This document shows, in pieces, positions 57,822 to 64,000 of a stretch of DNA of 64,000 bases. Position numbers and translations under genes: made by a program. Position 1 is the first letter of the stretch; each line of letters starts with the position of its first letter. The DNA comes from Candidatus Wolframiiraptor gerlachensis (GTDB lineage Archaea > Thermoproteota > Nitrososphaeria_A > Caldarchaeales > Wolframiiraptoraceae), in assembly GCA_021323375.2 (NCBI GenBank), contig JAJPCT020000022.1, positions 38,411-102,410 on the forward strand. The letters run 5' to 3'. The notes under the pieces are model-generated. The model made no database searches, had not been told where the DNA came from, and saw only the letters and a program-made list of their open reading frames with translations.

Positions 57822-58824
57822 AGACGGGGTTCAGCCTCTTAAGGCGGCTCATTCGCGGGACCGAGAGCGGGTCAGCCCCCCTTAGAGCCGCAACATAGAG
57901 CGAGACATAATCCATGAACATGAAGAGTTTTAGGAGCTCCTCGGCCTCATCCCACGCATCAACCCTTACCGAGAATATCCTATCCTCGCCCAGCAGCTTG
58001 CTGAAGGCATCTATTGTTCTCGAGATCTCCGGCGGCTCCTTCACACTCCTCGGCATGATCACGAGAGCGTTGTCCGGCAGCGCCTCAAGGTCGTTGTGAA
58101 GCGCCTCCGGGAATTCCGCGTAGCAGCAGTGCATCTTCGCATTCTCGTTTAGCTGACACTTCAGCCTATAACCAGCCTCCCTAACCCCCTCATAGGCATA
58201 GATTACCGGATATGATGATGTTATCCTCTCAGCAAGCTTCTTGGCGAGATTTCTCTCCGAGGGCACATGCTCTCGTAGCCCGGCTAGGTGATGCTCTAGA
58301 GCATCATAGTCGAGGCTGATCCTCATGAGGCCTAGTGCCTCGAGCGCTCCTAGGGCGGCGCCCAGCATGCTTGGAAACGCGTATCTCGGCGGGACATCAG
58401 CTCTGACCGGGATTACCGGCACGCCATATCTCTCAGCGAGCCTCAGTAGGGCGCCGCCGCTTGTGATGAAGACGCAGGGGACTCCCGCGTCCATCAGCCT
58501 CATCACGGGCTTCACGGTCTCGGCGGTATTCCCAGAGTGACTCACAGCTATCGCTAGATCCCAGTCGAGGCTTCTCAGCCCATAGCTTCTCTGGATAGCC
58601 GTCTTTACATCGCTTCCCGAGAGGAGCCTCGCGGCCGCGTCGCAGATTATCCCGGAGCCGCCGATGCCGAGAAAAATTATCCTCTCGACGGGCTTCACGT
58701 TTATGTTAATTCTCCGCCCATTCTCCAAGCCCCTCCTTAAATCATGAATATAATCTGCCACTATCTCGAAGGCTCTTCGAAGTGGTTCACATGAGTATGT
58801 CTCGGGCGCGTCCAGCCTGCTCAA
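57775..58824 (-). CDS. Bifunctional phosphoglucose/phosphomannose isomerase (SIS)
   Basis: GIGGSG, SHSGNTAET, PPR, QLNENAK and PEALHN. Confidence 0.9.
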   Translation of the reverse strand: MSRLDAPETYSCEPLRRAFEIVADYIHDLRRGLENGRRININVKPVERIIFLGIGGSGIICDAAARLLSGSDVKTAIQRSYGLRSLDWDLAIAVSHSGNTAETVKPVMRLMDAGVPCVFITSGGALLRLAERYGVPVIPVRADVPPRYAFPSMLGAALGALEALGLMRISLDYDALEHHLAGLREHVPSERNLAKKLAERITSSYPVIYAYEGVREAGYRLKCQLNENAKMHCCYAEFPEALHNDLEALPDNALVIMPRSVKEPPEISRTIDAFSKLLGEDRIFSVRVDAWDEAEELLKLFMFMDYVSLYVAALRGADPLSVPRMSRLKRLNPVYGEVAEEVDRRVAGR

Positions 58825-59702
58825 CTATTTCCACCTTCTGGCTTTAATGCCTCACCACCAAGCTCCTTAACAGCTTTAATTAGCTCTTTCTCAACTCTAT
58901 CGAGTATCTTCTCGCATGTCTCCTTCCTCCTCCCGATCATTCTCATGTAGATGCGTATGAAGGATGTTCCCTCCCTCTTCTCCGGGTGGCTCTTGATATA
59001 GAGGCTGGGGGCTGCTTTTCTCAGCTCGTCGAGCCTCGGCGCTAGACTAGACTCGGGAACACCTCTCACGTAGATCCATCTATCAGCTATCGCTATCTTC
59101 TTAACCTTCTTCTCGAGTAGTGGCTTAACCCTGTTTAGGAAGATGTCTTGGAGCTCGCTCGGGACTCCTGGGAGGCAGACGATCCAGCATCTACCAGCCT
59201 TGAGGAGGGCTCCCGGGGCTGTTCCAACATTATTCTCAAGAGGCTTTGCACCGCGCGGGAGCATAGCCATCTTCATCCTCGGCGGTGTCAGCTCCGGCGA
59301 CTCGACGATGCCCTCCCTTGCCAGCTCCTCATAGCGCCTCCTTATCATCTCGAGAGCCCTCTTGTTTAGGACGAGCTTTCTCCCGACTGCCCTCGCCACC
59401 CCCTGGAGGGTCACGTCATCATATGTGGGCCCGAGACCGCCGCTCGTTATTATCCAGTCCGCGCCTCTTCTCACCGCCTCCCTTATCACAGAGCTTATCT
59501 CGGCCACGTCATCGCCGACGACCGTTATCCTCGAGACCCTGCCGCCGAGGGAGCTTATCTGCCCTGCAAGCCAGCTAGCATTAGTATTCACAACCCTTCC
59601 ATCGAGAAGCTCGTATCCGACCGATATTATCTCGAAGATCGTCTGGAGGCGCGGTCCACGCGGCATAAATAAGCTCCTCAAAATGTCGGGAACCACGCTC
59701 AA
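58821..59702 (-). CDS. CinA-like molybdopterin-binding (MoCF) domain protein
   Basis: SVGYELLDGRVVNTNA, GGLGPTYDD, GTAPG, LPGVP and YIKSHP. Confidence 0.88.
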   Translation of the reverse strand: MSVVPDILRSLFMPRGPRLQTIFEIISVGYELLDGRVVNTNASWLAGQISSLGGRVSRITVVGDDVAEISSVIREAVRRGADWIITSGGLGPTYDDVTLQGVARAVGRKLVLNKRALEMIRRRYEELAREGIVESPELTPPRMKMAMLPRGAKPLENNVGTAPGALLKAGRCWIVCLPGVPSELQDIFLNRVKPLLEKKVKKIAIADRWIYVRGVPESSLAPRLDELRKAAPSLYIKSHPEKREGTSFIRIYMRMIGRRKETCEKILDRVEKELIKAVKELGGEALKPEGGNS

Positions 59703-59771
59703 TATAACGGTTAACGTTGCGGGATTCGGGCAAAACCAAAATAAGGCTCTCTGAGGAACTAGGTTAGGCTG

Positions 59772-60440
59772 GTGCCTACGAGAATGAGCTCCTGGAGTAG
59801 GCTAATGCAGTTGAGTGAGGTGGAGTGTAAGCGGATATTCCAAGATCTTGCGAAGCTTGAGGGCGATCAGGTTGCCAAGCGCTGCGGCGTAGTCTTCATC
59901 GAGCCCTCAAAGCCAGGCAACAAGCGTGGGAGATATATCGTGAACCTGCTTACGCGGACCTATTCCGTCGAGCTTGACTCGCATGAAGTCGTGGACCTGG
60001 TGGCCGGTAAGGCCGCCCCCCTAGAGATCGCATACATAATCCTTAGATATCTCTCATCTACCGGCGGTGTTGGGAAGAAGGAGGATTGGACTCAGTTCAC
60101 GGACTTCCCGAAAGGAAAGCTGTATAAGAGCTATTTTGACAGATACGTGATAAGGCCTCTCGCCAGGGTCTTTGGCTATGACTCGGAGAGGTATGAGTCG
60201 GCATGTAGGAGGCTTGGTGGTAAGAAGGAGAGGCTTGGCGGGATAAGCTACTCCTTCAATTTCCTCCCGAAGATCAGGATTCTCACTCAGCTCTGGGCTG
60301 GCAAGAAGGAGGAGTATATCGAGCCCAGGGCGAATCTCATGTTCAATTATTCTACGAGATACTTCTTGTCGACAGAGGATATACTTCTCGCAGGGAGGAT
60401 TATGGTTGGCGTCATGGCCTCTGAGGCTAGGAAGGTTTGA
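59772..60440 (+). CDS. DUF3786-like protein
   Basis: IILRYL…W..F.DFP.G..Y…FNFLPKI…W.G..E…AN.MF…LSTED pattern. Confidence 0.7.
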   Translation: MPTRMSSWSRLMQLSEVECKRIFQDLAKLEGDQVAKRCGVVFIEPSKPGNKRGRYIVNLLTRTYSVELDSHEVVDLVAGKAAPLEIAYIILRYLSSTGGVGKKEDWTQFTDFPKGKLYKSYFDRYVIRPLARVFGYDSERYESACRRLGGKKERLGGISYSFNFLPKIRILTQLWAGKKEEYIEPRANLMFNYSTRYFLSTEDILLAGRIMVGVMASEARKV

Positions 60441-61366
60441 GGGGTGTGAGCGGCATGCTGGACGGTATTAGGAGGGCTCTTGAGAGCGTTGCGGAGGCGC
60501 TTAAAACTCGGAGGCTCTCGGAGGAGGAGGTAAGGGAGCATGTCGAGGAGTTCAAGCTCATGCTGATATCGAATGATGTCGCGGTCGAGGTGGCTGAGAG
60601 GCTTGGCGAGGAGCTTGCTGAGAGGCTTAGGCTCATCAGGGTTAGGAGGTTCGGGGATGGCGAGGGCGAGGTAATGGAGCTCGTGGCTGGCGTGCTAGAC
60701 TCCGTGATAAGGGAGGGCTCCCTCGACGACCTGCTTAGGAGGATCCGTGAGAAGGCTTCCATGGGGGAGCCGTTTGTAATCCTCTTCGTCGGCCCTAATG
60801 GTGGGGGCAAGACGACGACTGTTGTAAAACTTGCGAGGCTTCTCCAGAGGCATGGCTTCAAGTGCTTGATAGCAGCCTCAGACACCTTTAGGGCCGGGGC
60901 CATAGAGCAGCTTCAGAGGCTCGCTAGCGAGGCTGGCGTCAGGGTTGTATGCCAGAGATATGGCGCCGACCCGGCGGCTGTCGCAATGGATACTGTTATG
61001 AGCGCTAGGGCGAATAGGATACCGGTAGTCCTCATAGATACCGCTGGTAGGACCGAGGTCGACCATAACTTGCTGGAGGAGATGAGGAAGATTAAGAGGG
61101 TTGTAGGCCCGGATCTCGTGATCTATGTTGGGGATGCGCTGGCTGGGAATGCGGCGGTGGAGCAGGCCAGGAGGTTCGACGAGTATGTCGGCGTGGACTA
61201 CATAATTCTCGCGAAGCTTGATGCCGATGCGAGGGGAGGCTCAGCTATCTCGATAAGCTATGTGACCGGCAAGCCCGTGCTCTTCGTCGGGACAGGGCAG
61301 GGCCTCGACGACCTCGAGCCCTTCACCAAGGATCTTTTGAAGAGGCTTATACTTGGCAGGCGCTGA
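60437..61366 (+). CDS. ftsY: Signal recognition particle receptor FtsY
   Basis: GPNGGGKTTT, DTFRAGAIEQL, DTAGR, KLDADARGG and GTGQ. Confidence 0.96.
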   Translation: MRGVSGMLDGIRRALESVAEALKTRRLSEEEVREHVEEFKLMLISNDVAVEVAERLGEELAERLRLIRVRRFGDGEGEVMELVAGVLDSVIREGSLDDLLRRIREKASMGEPFVILFVGPNGGGKTTTVVKLARLLQRHGFKCLIAASDTFRAGAIEQLQRLASEAGVRVVCQRYGADPAAVAMDTVMSARANRIPVVLIDTAGRTEVDHNLLEEMRKIKRVVGPDLVIYVGDALAGNAAVEQARRFDEYVGVDYIILAKLDADARGGSAISISYVTGKPVLFVGTGQGLDDLEPFTKDLLKRLILGRR

Positions 61367-61407
61367 GCAAGGGATTATTAACCCCGCGCCCACACCCTAT
61401 CCACGAG

Positions 61408-62022
61408 ATGGAGTTAAGGCGGTTTCTCAGCTCGATTGCCTTTGCCCCTCCCGGGCCGCGACCCAGCTTCCAGAGCCACCATGTTCTCGAGGCAATTCTC
61501 GTGATTGGGAGGGAGGCTCCTATTGGGAGGAAGAGGCTGGCCGAGATCCTAGGGTTGGGGGAGGGCGCTGTGAGGACCCTTATCCAGAGGCTTAAGGACC
61601 AGTCTATCGTGAGCGTCTTAGGTAGGGGCGGCTGCGCGCTCAGCGGGAAGGGTGAGGAGCTTCTCCGGGAGCTTGAGAGGAGGATGAGGGATGTTGGTCC
61701 GGTGAGGCTCGAGCTTCCATGGAGCTATCCCGCAAACTACGTCTTGATAATTCATGATGCTGTTGGCAGGGTTTCCAAGGGGCTTGAGCAGAGGGATGAG
61801 GCTGTGAGGGCGGGCGCGAAGGCGCTCATGATCCTTGCATATCAGGGTGGTAGGCTCTTGATGCCGGGCGTCTCAGATCTCTCCGCGGAGAGGCCTGAGT
61901 TCGCATCACATCTTATCGAGGAGCTTAGGCCCGTGGATGGCGATGTTATCCTGATAACAGGTGGTGATTCCCTGGCGGAGGCTAGGAGGGGCGCTTTGGC
62001 CGCGGCCCTAACCCTCCTCTAG
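61408..62022 (+). CDS. HTH protein, DUF4443/DUF2111-like
   Basis: IGRKRLAEILGLGEGAVRTL; GLEQRDEAVRAGA. Confidence 0.8.
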   Translation: MELRRFLSSIAFAPPGPRPSFQSHHVLEAILVIGREAPIGRKRLAEILGLGEGAVRTLIQRLKDQSIVSVLGRGGCALSGKGEELLRELERRMRDVGPVRLELPWSYPANYVLIIHDAVGRVSKGLEQRDEAVRAGAKALMILAYQGGRLLMPGVSDLSAERPEFASHLIEELRPVDGDVILITGGDSLAEARRGALAAALTLL

Positions 62023-62343
62023 ATAGCTCCTCCACTTCTCCGGGTCGAATCTCCTCTCCATCCTCTCGATCTCCTCAATGAAGGCCTTCTCCAGGTCTAC
62101 TCCGAGCCTGTTAGCTAGCTGGAGGAATAGGGAGAATGCTTGGCCGAACTCCCTAGCCACGTCATTCTCGGGGACCTCATGGCCTAGCCCCCTGACCTTG
62201 TAGCCCTCTCTCACGAGGATGTGGCGGCCGATCTCAGAGATCTCCTCGACTAGGTGGGTGAAGATCTGGGACTCCTTGAACTTGTCCCAGCCTCGGGCCT
62301 TCTCGAACTCGAGCATCCTCCTCTGGGCCTCTGAGATCCTCAT
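62008..62343 (-). CDS. MazG-like nucleotide pyrophosphohydrolase
   Basis: HLVEEISEI…EFG…LANRLGVDLE. Confidence 0.8.
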   Translation of the reverse strand: MRISEAQRRMLEFEKARGWDKFKESQIFTHLVEEISEIGRHILVREGYKVRGLGHEVPENDVAREFGQAFSLFLQLANRLGVDLEKAFIEEIERMERRFDPEKWRSYLEEG

Positions 62344-62415
62344 TCCGATGACTGCTGGCGCGGAGCAAACATATATAGTCACCTTGCTGAGTCTGATCGT
62401 CGAGGTTTTCTGGAC

Positions 62416-62877
62416 ATGTCGAGCCTTGAGCAGCAGTTGGCGAGGGCTGTCTCGGAGCTCCAGGTTCTCGAGAGGGCTTTAGAGGAGCTTCAGGGATCCG
62501 TCGCGGCCTTGAGGGCTGCCTTGAGCGAGCATGAGAGGGCTCTGGAGCTGCTGGAGGAGCTTAAGGCCCGGGGCTCCGCCTCAAGCATACTCGTCCCGAT
62601 AGGCGGCGGGAACATGATAGAGGCGGAGGTTAAGAGCGTGGAGGAGGTTTATGTGAGCCTGGGCGCCGGAGTTGTTATGAGGCAGCCAATAGATCAGGCG
62701 ATCGAGCTTATGAAGCGGAGGATGGAGAGCCTGAACTCGGCGCTTCGGACTAGGGAGGAGGCGCTCGCCAGCTATGCTCAGAGGGCTGATGAGCTTAGGA
62801 GGCTTGTCGAGGCGTTATATAGGAGGCTCTCCGAGGCGCGGCAAGCCAGTGAGGGAGGAAAGCCGGCCAGCGGGTGA
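62416..62877 (+). CDS. pfdA: Prefoldin subunit alpha
   Basis: Coiled coils flanking ILVPIGGG…VYVSLGAGV hairpins. Confidence 0.9.
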   Translation: MSSLEQQLARAVSELQVLERALEELQGSVAALRAALSEHERALELLEELKARGSASSILVPIGGGNMIEAEVKSVEEVYVSLGAGVVMRQPIDQAIELMKRRMESLNSALRTREEALASYAQRADELRRLVEALYRRLSEARQASEGGKPASG

Positions 62878-62923
62878 GATATATTCCAAGACTGGTAAAA
62901 AGGAAGTAGTGCCTTAATGGAGG

Positions 62924-64000
62924 TTAAGCTGTTTTCCTCCTTGTTCTCTTGTAGATGATGTATGCTGCTAGTGCTGAGGCTATCGCGGCCGCCGTCATAA
63001 TGATCATTAGCGCCGTTATTATTGGGCTTATGAGGCTCTTCAGCGCGGCTATGAGCGCCGCGAGTGTTATGCCGGTTATCTCGCCGCCGACAGGGGCGAG
63101 TAGTATCCGTAGCTCGAAGCCGCAGGCGTTATCATGCGTGTCCAGCTCCCCCTCGACCGGTATCGCCCTTATCTCGATCCAGTATGTCCCGGGAGCCACG
63201 CCGCTGGTATCCCACTCGAACTCCACCGTCCCCTCTGCTCCCGACGCTAGGGTCATCGTCTCATCTGAGCCTATCTGGATGGGCGGTATCTCTGGCGCTC
63301 CATAATAGCATCTCACGATAAATGTCTCCTCCTCGCTTCCATCATTCCTCAGGGTCCCAGTGATCTTTATCGGGTCGCCCGGCCTCGCCAAAGTCACATT
63401 AGCCTCCTGCCTCACGGCCACAACATCATGAACCTCTATCTTTACCGTGGCAGTCGCAGTGCAATTATTGTTATCCTCATCAGTCTCCGGCAATTCCCTC
63501 CCGGAGTCCGCGAAAGCCCTAATGTAGTATGTTCCTGGAGCCACTCCATCGGTATCCCATATAAATTGCAGTTCAATATCCCCAGTAAGATTGAAGACTC
63601 TTATGGTATGTATGGGCTTTATCTTTATCCAGGTATTTCCATCAGGGCTGTAGTATAGGGTAACATTGAATGTCGCGGGGTAACCTCCGTTATTCTGAAC
63701 GGTTACGTTTATTCCAACGAGCTCTCCCTGAATTACTACATCCTTTAATGGTTCTTGGCTAATTGCCTTGACATCTATAATGGGAGACTCTACAGCCGAG
63801 ACTTTAACATCCAAATTGGCCGTATCACTTACGTATCCATAGCCCTCGGTTCTAGCCATCACAGTAAGATCCTCTGCCTTGTTCAGTGTATACACACCAA
63901 GTTCTGTTGGCTTGAATTTGACCGTGAATCTTAGTGTGGCGCTTCTATTCGCTGGATCTGTTGGATCGAGTCTTGATAAATTCCACACTATCACATCCTT
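62924..64000 (-). CDS. CARDB/Ig-like repeat surface protein, C-terminal part
   Basis: Two repeats V.N.G…F.V…WDT.GVAPGTY…E.D..NN; PVGG + TM + KRTRRK tail; 5' end outside the window. Confidence 0.85.
   Translation of the reverse strand, partial: KDVIVWNLSRLDPTDPANRSATLRFTVKFKPTELGVYTLNKAEDLTVMARTEGYGYVSDTANLDVKVSAVESPIIDVKAISQEPLKDVVIQGELVGINVTVQNNGGYPATFNVTLYYSPDGNTWIKIKPIHTIRVFNLTGDIELQFIWDTDGVAPGTYYIRAFADSGRELPETDEDNNNCTATATVKIEVHDVVAVRQEANVTLARPGDPIKITGTLRNDGSEEETFIVRCYYGAPEIPPIQIGSDETMTLASGAEGTVEFEWDTSGVAPGTYWIEIRAIPVEGELDTHDNACGFELRILLAPVGGEITGITLAALIAALKSLISPIITALMIIMTAAAIASALAAYIIYKRTRRKTA

Noticed and set aside
1-64000. CRISPR array or tandem TIGR-type array
   Set aside because: No tandem repeat-spacer run seen; the guide-like units occur singly

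Overview
Gene-dense archaeal chromosomal window. Class I LysRS, crenarchaeal-type SSB and PolB1, Hjc, PINA, prefoldin, an intron-containing tRNA-Ser, AOR and TupABC point to a thermophilic TACK archaeon; an Aigarchaeota/Caldarchaeales-like host is my inference only. Most of it is housekeeping and metabolism, including a 13-gene group 4 [NiFe]-hydrogenase operon with complex-I-like gene order and a convergent NikR/HypC/metal-ABC operon. The standout is a dispersed candidate RNA-guided element. Two decayed copies (about 2421-3500 and 10354-11360) encode an approximately 290-aa protein with an IS110-type RuvC (DEDD) N-terminus and a short Nop/Tnp-like C-terminus that appears to lack the IS110 catalytic Ser loop, i.e. 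TasR-like. Each copy is followed by an approximately 135-140-nt structured RNA, and a third, protein-less copy of that RNA lies at 53601-53733. The three RNAs share covarying stems and fixed motifs but carry completely different, symmetric 13-14-nt internal-loop arms, the pattern expected of reprogrammable dual-guide RNAs. Also found: two good and one weaker box C/D sRNA candidates, several pseudogenes, and a gene whose conserved N-terminus has no usable canonical start codon. All calls come from reading motifs by eye; no database searches were run.
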